A DNA stretch of 64,000 nucleotides from Ignavibacteriota bacterium. GTDB taxonomy: Bacteria > Bacteroidota > Ignavibacteria > Kapaibacteriales > UBA2268. This document shows, piece by piece, positions 37,492-47,708 of the stretch (position 1 is the stretch's first letter; every line of letters starts with the position of its first letter). The translations under genes and the position numbers were made by a program. The stretch lies in the NCBI GenBank assembly GCA_024636855.1, contig JAGXGG010000007.1, positions 49,895 through 113,894 of the forward strand, written 5' to 3'. The notes beneath the pieces are model-generated. The model was not told where the DNA came from, ran no database searches, and worked only from the letters and a program-made list of their open reading frames with translations.

Positions 37492-39795
37492 TTATTGAAT
37501 TCTTACCTTTTGACCAACACGGATTTTATTTGGATTCAATCGGCTATTAAGTTTTACTATGTTTTGAACAGAAACCCCAAATTTATTAGCAATAGCAGCT
37601 AGTGTTTCGCCTCTTCGTACTTTATAATATTTAGGTGAGTTCTTTACAGTCTTAGGAGTAGAAGAAGAGCTACCCTTGCCGAAAGATTCGTTTGTCACTT
37701 TTAGGGAAGTACCAGTATATATAGTATTTCCTCTTATTTTGCTTTCGTTAAGTGATTTCAATTCTCTTTCAGTCATACCATATCTAGCAGCGATAGTACT
37801 TACTGTTTCACCGCGTCTAACTTTATGGAATCTTGTTTCTTCTTTTACAGTTTTAACTTCTTCTCTTTTAGCTATTGCAGTATTGTTGTAAGTTCTAACT
37901 TTTAGGATTTGACCAGGGTAGATGTTAGTTCCATCTAGCCTGTTTAGCTCTTGCAAATCAGCAATTGATGTTGCGTAATCTCCAGCTATACGACCTAATG
38001 ACTCACCTTTTTGTACATTGTGCCTAACAATAATTGTCTGAGATGCTTCTTCTGCTTTGTTATCCGCTAAGTTCTCAACTGTTTTACGAGCTACAACTAA
38101 TTGTTGACCGACGTTTAAGTTATCATTATGTCTAGATATTCCGTTCAGCTCTTTTAGATAACTAAGTGAAATACCATATCTTCTAGCTATACTGTATAAT
38201 GATTCACCTTTTCTAACATCATGTGTTATATCTTTCGTACCATCCATTGGATAGTAAGTACCAGTCTTCTCAGTTGATAAGTTAATCTCAGCATATCTTT
38301 CTACAGATATAGGAATTTTTAAATTGCTGCCTGATGATAGCTTAGCTCTAGAATTTCCTAAATCATTTAGTTGAACTAGATCTTCTGTCGTCACACCATA
38401 CTTAACTGAGATTTTAGATAATGTCTCATATCTATCAACAGTGTGAGTAACCCATGGTTGCTTCTCTGATTCTTTTAAATTAGCAAAATTCTTAGTGAAT
38501 ATATCTGCTGAACCTTTAGGAATCTTCAATTCATAAGATGCGACATCCGGAGGAGTACAACCTTTTATCAACTCAGGGTTTAGCTGTTGTAATTCTTCCT
38601 CAGTTATATTAGCGCATTTTGCTAATACATCTAGATTTACTGGCTCAAAAGTAGTGTAAGTATCATATAAGAACTCATCTTCCAATGTTAGTTCATCTAT
38701 ATTGTATCCGTATTGTTCTGGATTCATTGCTATCACAGCCGTTGCTATGTATAGAGGAACATAATATCTCGTTTCTTTCGGCAATCTCTCTCTTAATTCC
38801 CAATAGTTAGGATTCGATTTGCCAGTTCTTCGGATAGCACGTCTTACTCGACCTTGACCACAGTTATAAGAAGCTAGAGCCAAATGCCAATCGCCAAATT
38901 CTGCGTATAATTCTTTTAGGTAACGCATTGCTGCACGCGTAGATTTTTCAGGGTCTCTACGCTCATCTACCCAATAAGAATCGTTATCATTTAAACCAAA
39001 ATCACGACCAGTAGCTCTCATAAATTGCCATAGACCTACTGCTTTAGCTTTTGACAAAGCATTAGGGTTCAAAGCACTTTCTATCATAGATAGATAGACG
39101 ATTTCTTCTGGCATATCCTCTTCGGCTGCAATTCTTTTCATCATCTTGAACCACTTACCAGAGCGCTCTAACCATTTACTGAAGAATTTTTTTGCCTTTG
39201 TTTGAGTTAACCATTGTATATTTTTCTCTACATATTCGTTCATATCCATTGGTACTAGCAACGAATCTGGACCTACAAATGGCAAATCTGCATTATTATC
39301 AGATACAAAATCAACTACGGGTAGATCTAATATTTCAACACCTGTCATAGTCTGATCGTTTTCTAAGTCACTAATCATTCTATCACGGACGATAAATAAA
39401 GGTGCATCTGCTTCTAATTTTGCAAAATCTGTTATGTAGTATTCAAAATCTTCAATTATAGCATTTGATAATTCGATGAAATCATCATTATATTCTATAC
39501 CAGGATAACTTGCAATTTTATTCAACTCATCTAATGATTGAGAGAAAAATTCTGCTGATTTGGTAGAGTCTTTTCTTTGGATATAAATTAATGCTGTAAG
39601 ATATTTTCTTCTAGAACTTTCTAGTGAATTTTTAATACCTTTTTCATAATTTTCTTTTATTATGGGATATTTGTCGAGTACAGAATACTCATCCGGGAAC
39701 AAGTAAATTTTGTTCGTATTGGGGACAGCGGCAGTTGCCGTGACCGAAAGCCCTGCTATCAGGGCAGCTGTAAAAAAGCTGCAGATTAATCTCAT
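37492..39795 (-). CDS. mltD: membrane-bound lytic murein transglycosylase (MltD-like) with five C-terminal LysM domains
   Basis: SLT motif SMIESALNPNALSKAKAVGLWQFM. Five LysM repeats of the form Y/H-x-V-x-x-G-E-(S/T)-L-x-x-I-A...LN. Confidence 0.85.
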   Translation of the reverse strand: MRLICSFFTAALIAGLSVTATAAVPNTNKIYLFPDEYSVLDKYPIIKENYEKGIKNSLESSRRKYLTALIYIQRKDSTKSAEFFSQSLDELNKIASYPGIEYNDDFIELSNAIIEDFEYYITDFAKLEADAPLFIVRDRMISDLENDQTMTGVEILDLPVVDFVSDNNADLPFVGPDSLLVPMDMNEYVEKNIQWLTQTKAKKFFSKWLERSGKWFKMMKRIAAEEDMPEEIVYLSMIESALNPNALSKAKAVGLWQFMRATGRDFGLNDNDSYWVDERRDPEKSTRAAMRYLKELYAEFGDWHLALASYNCGQGRVRRAIRRTGKSNPNYWELRERLPKETRYYVPLYIATAVIAMNPEQYGYNIDELTLEDEFLYDTYTTFEPVNLDVLAKCANITEEELQQLNPELIKGCTPPDVASYELKIPKGSADIFTKNFANLKESEKQPWVTHTVDRYETLSKISVKYGVTTEDLVQLNDLGNSRAKLSSGSNLKIPISVERYAEINLSTEKTGTYYPMDGTKDITHDVRKGESLYSIARRYGISLSYLKELNGISRHNDNLNVGQQLVVARKTVENLADNKAEEASQTIIVRHNVQKGESLGRIAGDYATSIADLQELNRLDGTNIYPGQILKVRTYNNTAIAKREEVKTVKEETRFHKVRRGETVSTIAARYGMTERELKSLNESKIRGNTIYTGTSLKVTNESFGKGSSSSTPKTVKNSPKYYKVRRGETLAAIANKFGVSVQNIVKLNSRLNPNKIRVGQKVRIQ

Positions 39796-40033
39796 ATGTA
39801 GATTCCGCTTTGTTTAGTAAATTCTTTCTATGCTCTATACTTGAAGATTTAATTTAATACAAAAGTTTTTAAAAACCAACTTCATTTTCATACTAAAAGA
39901 GCTTTTTTATGTACGATTCTCTCTAAAAAAAGTTTTAACAATCTTTGGTATAATTAATGCTGTGAATTTTAATTCATAAATAGTATTAATTATTTGTGTT
40001 TTTAATTTTAATTTTACTAAGTTTGAGTACTTT

Positions 40034-42949
40034 ATGATTAGATTTTCATTTTACATATCACTAATGTTAATATTCTTGCTGGAATTCACTTCTAATAGTG
40101 CATTTGGGCAATCTGTAGCTAGTCCATCTAATTGGCTATTTCCTAACGGGAACTACGCTGCTACACAGAATAACCACAGAAAGTCATTCGATCAGACTAT
40201 TGGTAATTTTAAAATTAAAATAGTTAATAATAGAATATCAGGCGATTTACAACCATTGATTGGTAATATGGTTGATAATGATAAAATCTCTTCGGCTTTC
40301 CCTTACGCTCCCAATGAAATTGTTGTAGTTTCAGGCAGAGATATAATAATACTCGACGGTGCAGGGAGGATATATACCAAGACTCTCGACAATAGTATTC
40401 TACCAATCAAAGGTGTCTCTTTTCTTTTTGACTCACTTGCTACTGGGTACAAACTAGATGTAAATTCCCACGTAATAATGGCATTGGAAACTATAGAAAG
40501 TGTTAGCGATGATTCACTGGCTCATAGTTATTTGGCAGGGTATGATAATAAAAATAGTGAGCTAGTACTTCACAAGAGATTAGCTATAGATATGAGAGAT
40601 TACCCTGATAATATTTACAATTCTATAAGACCATTTTTCGGAAAATTAAGAAATAATAATATTCAAGTGTTTTCTACTTTAGATATCTATAATCCAAATG
40701 TAATAGATACTCTAGCAGTTGATGCTCCATACTTAAGAGGATTGACTCATTTTAATTCTGCTATCGAGTTCCCGAACTTTCCTTTGCCCGATATAGGAGA
40801 CGATACTACTAATAGAATAGAATTAGCAAATAGAATTGGTATAGACCAACCGTCTATTACTCAATTAGCAAGTGGGACTACGTTGGCTTTTATGCCAACT
40901 GTACCAGATACTTCGCTAAATTTGAATATAACTAATAAACTTGGTGGCATTACTAATGCATCTAATAGTTATCTATATAGCTATGATATAACAGGTGCAG
41001 CTATTGCTAATAATTTTGCTCCTATTGATATTACAGATAGTTTGAATGGTATAAAGCCTTTCACTAGACCTTACATAGTTGAGCTAAATAATGGAAGTCT
41101 AACTCCACAGAAATATATTTTGCAAACTGAGCAATACCAAGGTGACGAAGGTTCTGAAGGTATATCTATGTTACATTTGCTCGATATGAATGGTAATTTT
41201 ATTACATCTCCCAATGGAGCAATACCATCTTTTGCAGGTGATAGTAACCACTTTTGGTCTATTGCTGTTGGTGATTTAGATGGAACCAGTAATGAATGGC
41301 TACCGTTTTTTCCTAATAATCCTGGAAAAGAGATTATAGCTACTCAAAGCTCGAGAAATTTTGCCCATGCTAATAGCCGAATTTTAATACTAAAATTTGA
41401 CGATACAAAAATTGTATCAAAGCCAACTCCTCCTAATACACAGCTATTTCCTTTCGATACTATTGCTGCTGCTCGTATAAACGGTAGAGTTGTAGCAGTA
41501 AATGATCTAGACAATGCCCCTGATGAAAAAGAGGAAATTGTAATAGTCGATGGCTCTAAGTTAATGGTACTAGGATTGAGAGATTACGAAGACCCAATGT
41601 ACAGAGCTGGCAATCCGATGGATACTCTATACTACAAGGATTTTGACAAAGAAGATATATATGCTGTAGAAGTAGCTGATATGGATGGTGATGGACTAAA
41701 CGATTTGGTTGTTACTACTTTCAAAGCTACTTATATAATTGGTACACCTCTGAAAAATGTGTTGACACTATTGGAACCAACTACTCAACTAACTCCTCCT
41801 CAGGAATATTGCCCTGGTGATAGCGTAGAGCTAGTGTGGGAGAATAAAATATTGGGTATTGGAACTATTGATATAGATTTCGTAGATATTACAGATACTA
41901 CAGCTATTGATACTATGGTAGTAAGAACATTAGTAATGAATGAGAAAGATACTGTTTCTACTAAGATAATGCTGGATAGCAATTTCATAGGGAAGACGGG
42001 TTATTTTATCATTAAAAGTACTATAGAACCAGATGAACTAAGAGATTCTTCTGCAACTATTAGTATATTAGATTTTGATTTGACTAACTTTATGATGTCT
42101 GATACAGTGCTAATTGTAGGGGAGACCCTTACTTTTGGTGGCGAAATCAACTGCTTTGATTCAGTAATAGTTGAGACTAGATTCTTAGATTCTACTTGGC
42201 AGTATCTTACTACAGTAGGGACTAGCAATGCTCCTATTTTTGGATATCTGGACACTATCCCTTGCTTACCTATATTCAGCTGTGATGCTATGGATTTGGA
42301 TAGTATGTATCATTATAAAATAACAGCTTTCAAAAGTATATACAGCAAGGAATTGACAGAATTCGCAGTTAAGGTGAGACCTGCTCCTTTCCCTATAAAA
42401 ATAGAAGTAGAAAATACTGTTGATCCAACTCAAAGATTTAGTTGGGACCCACTAGACTTCCCTTACCCTTGCGATACTATCAGTATAATGAAAAGCTATA
42501 ACAATGGATTAAATTTTACGTTAGAAGCTAATGTAAGTCTATCATCTATGAGCTATAGTTGGCAAATACCACTTGACGCACCGGATGATGTAGTTTTCCG
42601 ATTTTGCTGCGAAAGCTCATGTATGCGAACTGATACCTTGCTATCAGATATTGAGCCGAACTACATAAATATAGTAGCACCAAATCCTTTCGACCCAAGT
42701 AGTGAGGAAGTAAAATTTGTATATAAAGTACCGAAATCAGGTAATATAACTATAAAAATACTAGATGAATCGAATAGAGAAGTAGTAACCATTGCTCATA
42801 AGCAATTTAGGGATGAATCACTCGCTCACGTAGATACGTGGAACGGCAGGATGCCTAGCGGAGACTTTGTTGCAAATGGATTATATTATTTATACATAGA
42901 GTTTCCTGATGGGAAACGCGAGTTTTACCCAATATATGTAAGAAGATAA
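40034..42949 (+). CDS. large secreted FG-GAP/VCBS-repeat protein with a FlgD-Ig-like / T9SS-type C-terminal domain
   Basis: Signal peptide ...SAFG/QS. Motifs AVGDLDGTSNEW, AVNDLDNAPDEKEEIVIVDG, VADMDGDGLNDLVVTT. C-terminus APNPFDPSSEEVKFVYKVPKSGNITIKILDESNREV...NGLYYLYIEF. Confidence 0.7.
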   Translation: MIRFSFYISLMLIFLLEFTSNSAFGQSVASPSNWLFPNGNYAATQNNHRKSFDQTIGNFKIKIVNNRISGDLQPLIGNMVDNDKISSAFPYAPNEIVVVSGRDIIILDGAGRIYTKTLDNSILPIKGVSFLFDSLATGYKLDVNSHVIMALETIESVSDDSLAHSYLAGYDNKNSELVLHKRLAIDMRDYPDNIYNSIRPFFGKLRNNNIQVFSTLDIYNPNVIDTLAVDAPYLRGLTHFNSAIEFPNFPLPDIGDDTTNRIELANRIGIDQPSITQLASGTTLAFMPTVPDTSLNLNITNKLGGITNASNSYLYSYDITGAAIANNFAPIDITDSLNGIKPFTRPYIVELNNGSLTPQKYILQTEQYQGDEGSEGISMLHLLDMNGNFITSPNGAIPSFAGDSNHFWSIAVGDLDGTSNEWLPFFPNNPGKEIIATQSSRNFAHANSRILILKFDDTKIVSKPTPPNTQLFPFDTIAAARINGRVVAVNDLDNAPDEKEEIVIVDGSKLMVLGLRDYEDPMYRAGNPMDTLYYKDFDKEDIYAVEVADMDGDGLNDLVVTTFKATYIIGTPLKNVLTLLEPTTQLTPPQEYCPGDSVELVWENKILGIGTIDIDFVDITDTTAIDTMVVRTLVMNEKDTVSTKIMLDSNFIGKTGYFIIKSTIEPDELRDSSATISILDFDLTNFMMSDTVLIVGETLTFGGEINCFDSVIVETRFLDSTWQYLTTVGTSNAPIFGYLDTIPCLPIFSCDAMDLDSMYHYKITAFKSIYSKELTEFAVKVRPAPFPIKIEVENTVDPTQRFSWDPLDFPYPCDTISIMKSYNNGLNFTLEANVSLSSMSYSWQIPLDAPDDVVFRFCCESSCMRTDTLLSDIEPNYINIVAPNPFDPSSEEVKFVYKVPKSGNITIKILDESNREVVTIAHKQFRDESLAHVDTWNGRMPSGDFVANGLYYLYIEFPDGKREFYPIYVRR

Positions 42950-42970
42950 AATCAATTTAATAGGTTTGCA

Positions 42971-43675
42971 ATGAGAGTTTTAATAATCGAAGATGAAATA
43001 AAGATAGCCACGTTCATGAAGAACGGCTTGAAACAAGAAAGGTATGAAGTAGATCTAGAAACCAATGGGCGTGATGGACTTGAAATTGCTATGAACACCC
43101 AATATGACCTAATACTTTTGGACGTGATGCTTCCAGGTATGAATGGTATAGATATACTAAAAGAACTGAGAGCCAATAATTACAATGTTCCAGTTATACT
43201 TATATCTGCATTAGATTCTACAGAAGATAGAGTAAACGGTTTAGATTTTGGTGCAGATGACTACATTTCAAAACCATTCAGCTTCGACGAGTTAGCGGCT
43301 AGAATTAGGGCTATATTACGTAGAACTCAAAAACACAAATCTACAAAACTACATGCTGGTGAAGTAACACTAGATACAGTTACTCACTTAGCATATAGGG
43401 ACAACAAGGAAATAGAGCTAACTACCAAAGAGTATTCTTTACTTATGTTCCTGATGATACATAAAAATAAAGTACTGACTAGAAATTCTATCACACAGAA
43501 TGTGTGGAGAGAAGATATAGACAAAGATTCGAATGTAATAGATGTATATATCAAAAAGCTAAGAAGTAAAATAGAGAAGAAAGGCACAAGGCCAACTATA
43601 CAGAGCATAAGGTCAGTCGGATACCGACTGCGTGACGACTCAGCTTTGGAAGAGTCCAAAAACAAAGAAAAATAA
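42971..43675 (+). CDS. OmpR/PhoB-family response regulator (receiver + winged helix)
   Basis: Motifs VLIIEDE, DLILLDVMLPGMNG, ISKPF, LTTKEYSLLMFL, SVGYRL. Confidence 0.9.
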   Translation: MRVLIIEDEIKIATFMKNGLKQERYEVDLETNGRDGLEIAMNTQYDLILLDVMLPGMNGIDILKELRANNYNVPVILISALDSTEDRVNGLDFGADDYISKPFSFDELAARIRAILRRTQKHKSTKLHAGEVTLDTVTHLAYRDNKEIELTTKEYSLLMFLMIHKNKVLTRNSITQNVWREDIDKDSNVIDVYIKKLRSKIEKKGTRPTIQSIRSVGYRLRDDSALEESKNKEK

Positions 43676-43682
43676 GTATAAG

Positions 43683-43714
43683 AGCCATCGATAATAATCG
43701 GTGGCTTTTTTTTT
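43683..43714 (+). terminator. rho-independent terminator
   Basis: Stem AGCCATCGAT / ATCGGTGGCT (one G:U pair) with loop AATA, followed by T9. Confidence 0.7.
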
Positions 43715-44007
43715 AGAATCATATTCAAGTATACTATATATGAACTAAAAAATGTTTAAAGACGCATAATTCAACTTACTTTAAAAATCTCATAAACTCG
43801 TCAAAATTGCTAGAAAACCACTTATTTCTAAAAATTATCAACAATTAACAAAAAATAATTTATTTAGCTAAAATAGTTCTATGATATTATATATCAGTTA
43901 CTTATATTGGAATTGATGATATATCACATGTAAAAAAGTAAAAAAAAGTTGCATTTCTTTGAGACGTTTTTGCTGTTCATGTGTCTTTATAGTTAGAGGA
44001 ATTACAA

Positions 44008-44577
44008 ATGGACAAAAAGTATAGTAAATATTCCGACTTAGAGTTATTCAACTCACTAAGTGGAAATCAGCCCGAAGCCGAATTGGCTTTCGCGGAGCTA
44101 TACTCGCGTTATTCGCAGAAAATCTATGCGTACTGCCTCAGAGTAACTGGTAACAAAGAAGATGCGAATGACATCTTCCAAGAGACTTTTTTGAATTTCT
44201 TCAATTCGGCTAAATCGAAACCTACTACTACAAGTGTTTCAGGTTTGATGATAACTATTGCCCGTAACCTATGTATAAATCATACTAGAAGTAAGAAAGT
44301 ACACATAGACTTGGAAGAATACAATTTACGTACTAATGATACCGGCTATGAGCAGAAAGAATTGCTAGATTTGATTTCCAATGCTCTAGAATTATTGGAA
44401 TTCGAATACAAAGATGCTTTCATTTTGCGACAATATCACGGCTTTTCTTACAAAGAGATAGCCGAGATAACTAACGCTCCCGAATCTACTATAAGAAATA
44501 GATTTTGGCGTGCTAAAGAAAAGATTAAGGAGATACTTGCTCCTTATTTACATGAGATATCAAATAATAATAATTGA
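44008..44577 (+). CDS. ECF (sigma-70 family, group 4) RNA polymerase sigma factor
   Basis: Region 2 is ANDIFQETFLNFF. Region 4 is FSYKEIAEITNAPESTIRNRFWRAKEKI. AGAGGA SD. Confidence 0.9.
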   Translation: MDKKYSKYSDLELFNSLSGNQPEAELAFAELYSRYSQKIYAYCLRVTGNKEDANDIFQETFLNFFNSAKSKPTTTSVSGLMITIARNLCINHTRSKKVHIDLEEYNLRTNDTGYEQKELLDLISNALELLEFEYKDAFILRQYHGFSYKEIAEITNAPESTIRNRFWRAKEKIKEILAPYLHEISNNNN

Positions 44578-45836
44578 GTTTTAAAATGTCATACAACCAA
44601 ATGATACACGAATACTTGGACTCGGGACTGAAACAGCCCCAAGAAGATGCTTTGTTTCAAGCATTAGCATCGGACCAAGCCCTGCGAGGTGATTTTCACC
44701 AGCAGCTTAGTATTATGAAAATAGCAACTAATGATATGAGTAACATATCACCTCCTATTGAAGCAACAAATGCTGTGTTCAGTAGCTTGGGTTTTTCCAT
44801 CCCTTCTGGGGGAGCTCCAGCTTCGGGCGTGAGCGAATCTAGAAGAAAACCAGGAGCGGGTATATTTGCTTCGGCATCTGGTGTTGGAATGCTTAATATC
44901 TTCAAAGATAATCTGTCCACTTTGGGTTCTATAGCTGTGGCAGCAATGATTTCTACATTCTTGTTTATGACATTTGACAATGGAATACAAACAACAGATA
45001 CTAACCGTGTAGGCGTAACTTTAGCTCAGAACTATTATGATGATGCTTCACATTCCAATTTGCCGATTGTTAGTTCAGTCGACAAAACAGAAGAGAAAGC
45101 AACCAATAATAATAGAAATAGCTCTAACTATAAACCTGTTAGAAATGCTTCATTACCAATTGCGGTAAGTGGAGAGACTACAAAAGAAAATTCTTCAGAA
45201 ATATTCGCAGCTAATAATGATATAGCAACGAATTTCGAACAAAAAATAAATAATCCAAGTAAAGAAATACATAAGATAAATGAGAATGGTTATGCAATAG
45301 TGAAAGTAAATAGACTTAGCACTAGCAACGCCTCAGATTTGGGATTCCAAATGCCAAACTTTGTATATGAAGAGAAGAGCGGTTTCGCTTTAGAGTTACG
45401 TGGGGCAAATAATCCTAACGAGACTGCTTTACTCAATGATATGATGATAGGAGTAAACTTTGAGTTTATAGATAATTTTCATGCTGTTGGGCTTATCGGT
45501 AATGAACGTTACGTAGTGAGAGTAGCCAACCCACTCTCTGCTGGCGAACAAGTGCAATACTCGAACGAATCAATGATTTCATTCATGGTTGGATTACGAT
45601 ATGCTCCAGATGAGCTAATACTCAATGGTCTTCTAGTACCTTATGTACAGGCAAGTGGTGGAGGTATCTCCAACGGGTTTGCTGGTGGATTCGAATCTGG
45701 ACTAATACTAAATCTGAATAGCAACTACTCATTCTTAGTTGGTTACGGCAAACAATTTGCTAAATACAACTTCGAAGGTAATCTATACAATACTAACAAA
45801 GATGGTATCAACGTAGGATTGAGATATTCTTTCTAG
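44574..45836 (+). CDS. putative anti-sigma factor: N-terminal cytoplasmic domain, one TM, low-complexity linker, C-terminal OMP-like beta-barrel domain
   Basis: Overlaps the sigma gene stop; the ATG at 44586 is the likely start. YLDSGL...EDALF N-terminus. TM about residues 114-134. Residues 268-420 show alternating beta pattern and end in GLRYSF. Confidence 0.55.
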   Translation: MSFKMSYNQMIHEYLDSGLKQPQEDALFQALASDQALRGDFHQQLSIMKIATNDMSNISPPIEATNAVFSSLGFSIPSGGAPASGVSESRRKPGAGIFASASGVGMLNIFKDNLSTLGSIAVAAMISTFLFMTFDNGIQTTDTNRVGVTLAQNYYDDASHSNLPIVSSVDKTEEKATNNNRNSSNYKPVRNASLPIAVSGETTKENSSEIFAANNDIATNFEQKINNPSKEIHKINENGYAIVKVNRLSTSNASDLGFQMPNFVYEEKSGFALELRGANNPNETALLNDMMIGVNFEFIDNFHAVGLIGNERYVVRVANPLSAGEQVQYSNESMISFMVGLRYAPDELILNGLLVPYVQASGGGISNGFAGGFESGLILNLNSNYSFLVGYGKQFAKYNFEGNLYNTNKDGINVGLRYSF

Positions 45837-45858
45837 GGGAATACTATTAAGAAATTTG

Positions 45859-45893
45859 AAAAAAAAAGGGAAAGTCGATTTAACTTTCCCTTT
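45859..45893 (-). terminator. rho-independent terminator (mainly for the minus-strand lipoprotein gene)
   Basis: 11-bp stem AAAGGGAAAGT / ACTTTCCCTTT. A 9-A run on the plus strand gives a T-run on the minus strand. Confidence 0.65.
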
Positions 45894-45921
45894 CATTAAA
45901 TTCATTAGTTTGAAATAGACA

Positions 45922-46767
45922 CTATTCAGTTAGTTTAAAGGAAACCCTATGAGTAGATTCACCTACAACTAATATCTTCTTACCATTACTTAGATTGATA
46001 TAGTGGGGTTCAAAGAGTGTAACCTCTAAATCATAAGTCCCACTAAAAGTAATATTATGAAGAAATGGTTTTAGCTCAACGCTACCTGTATTCCCTTGAT
46101 ACCAAGAAGTACCACTCACAACTGTATCTGAAAGTATTTTAGAATCAAAACTATTTGTATGTGAAATTGAAACATAAGCTTTCGTAGCACTCATACTACC
46201 TGACCAGCTTAAAGTATAACCCGATGATTTGGAAATAGAATCACCTCTAGTAAAGTTACTTATTTGGACAGCTTTACCTAAAGAAATACTATCAAGTATT
46301 TGGTCGAAGTTCTTATTACCGTTCATCTTAATTATATTCACACCAGAACCGAAATTTATGTCTGATTCTACCAATCTTTTCGTGGGGGCATATTTCCCTT
46401 CTATTGAACCACTCAAAAGTACCTCATTTATGTAGAAATTTTGAGTATCGAAAGGTTTGAATTCTGAATCGAAAAGTCCAGCGTTCGATGAGAGAGATGT
46501 AAATTCTTTATCAGTTGAATCAGTAATACCGTCAATTGTATAAATTTCATAAACTTTATTGTATTCTTTCGTTAAGAATACAATACCATTTAATAAGCCA
46601 TCATCCCAATTATCAACGACATCATCTAGATGGTGATAGCCATTATTATTAAATAGTTTTGTAACATCCCTGCTATCTGGACCCGTTGTAGTATCCTCAC
46701 TACAACTTACTATTGTAAACACAGCCATAATAATTAAAAGCACTGCGTTTTTGGATTTATTTTTCAA
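45922..46767 (-). CDS. hypothetical lipoprotein (281 aa)
   Basis: Lipobox IVSC; no motif recognised. Confidence 0.5.
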   Translation of the reverse strand: MKNKSKNAVLLIIMAVFTIVSCSEDTTTGPDSRDVTKLFNNNGYHHLDDVVDNWDDGLLNGIVFLTKEYNKVYEIYTIDGITDSTDKEFTSLSSNAGLFDSEFKPFDTQNFYINEVLLSGSIEGKYAPTKRLVESDINFGSGVNIIKMNGNKNFDQILDSISLGKAVQISNFTRGDSISKSSGYTLSWSGSMSATKAYVSISHTNSFDSKILSDTVVSGTSWYQGNTGSVELKPFLHNITFSGTYDLEVTLFEPHYINLSNGKKILVVGESTHRVSFKLTE

Positions 46768-46928
46768 GTATTACCTCTACATCTAAAATAAGTAAATTTG
46801 GCTTTTTTAAACCACTCAAAAATAAAAACGGTAACTTAATAGAGAAGTTACATTAATCAACTATTTACAATAGTATTGGATTTGGATTGAGGTGTTCTTT
46901 CTTTACGAAAAAAAAGGGAGTATTGTCA

Positions 46929-47708
46929 TTATAATATTTTTGTAATGTCTAACATATCTCTTATTAGTTTGACATTATGGACTCTTATTACGTCAACATC
47001 GCTTGCTAATAATTGTTGATGAATCATAGCTGTATGAGCATCTCTATCTTTGGCAATTTCAATACCGAAGAGCATTTTAATAAATGCTTTACGACTAATG
47101 CCTAATAATTGTTTGCCGGTTATTTTATTGAATTTATCGAGGTTCTTGAGTAATGCCAAATTGTGCTCCAGATTCTTACCAAATCCAATACCAACATCTA
47201 CATAGACATTTCCTATACCTTCTGCTAATTTGCTTTGCTTTATTAAGTAGTCGGAGACTTCCTTCACAACATCCTCGTATTGTGGATCATCTTGCATATC
47301 TTTGGGAGTACCTTTCCTATGCATTAATACTAAATCTGCATTGTACTCTTTAGCTAAATCTACAAATCTTGGTTCTGCGCTTAGTCCACTTACATCATTG
47401 ATAATCTTAGCACCTTTTTCCAATGCAAGCCTAGCTACTTCATACTTGGTAGTATCTACAGAAATCATTATTTCTGCATTCACTTTTCTGATTTCTTCTA
47501 TGACTGGTATTACTCGGCTTAGTTCATCTTCTGTTGATACGGGATCACTTCCTGGTCTAGTACTTTCGCCACCTATATCTATTATATCAGCTCCTTGAGC
47601 TATCATTTCTAGGCCATGTTGAATTGCTGACTTACTAGTTACGTATTGTCCACCATCCGAAAATGAGTTAGGAGTAATATTTAGAATACCCATTACTTTA
47701 GGCCTCAT
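46929..47708 (-). CDS. folP: dihydropteroate synthase
   Basis: Motifs GILNITPNSFSDGG, DIGGESTRPG, INDVSG, GIGFGK. Confidence 0.9.
   Translation of the reverse strand: MRPKVMGILNITPNSFSDGGQYVTSKSAIQHGLEMIAQGADIIDIGGESTRPGSDPVSTEDELSRVIPVIEEIRKVNAEIMISVDTTKYEVARLALEKGAKIINDVSGLSAEPRFVDLAKEYNADLVLMHRKGTPKDMQDDPQYEDVVKEVSDYLIKQSKLAEGIGNVYVDVGIGFGKNLEHNLALLKNLDKFNKITGKQLLGISRKAFIKMLFGIEIAKDRDAHTAMIHQQLLASDVDVIRVHNVKLIRDMLDITKIL

Noticed and set aside
43715-44007. Long AT-rich intergenic regions (also 60497..60729, 63185..63430, 19212..19401, 39796..40033), examined for tRNA, small RNA or ECF-type promoter motifs.
   Set aside because: No cloverleaf-compatible GC-rich stems, no conserved T-loop (GTTCGAATC-like) sequence, and no convincing -35/-10 ECF pair. 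Nothing supportable without covariance models.
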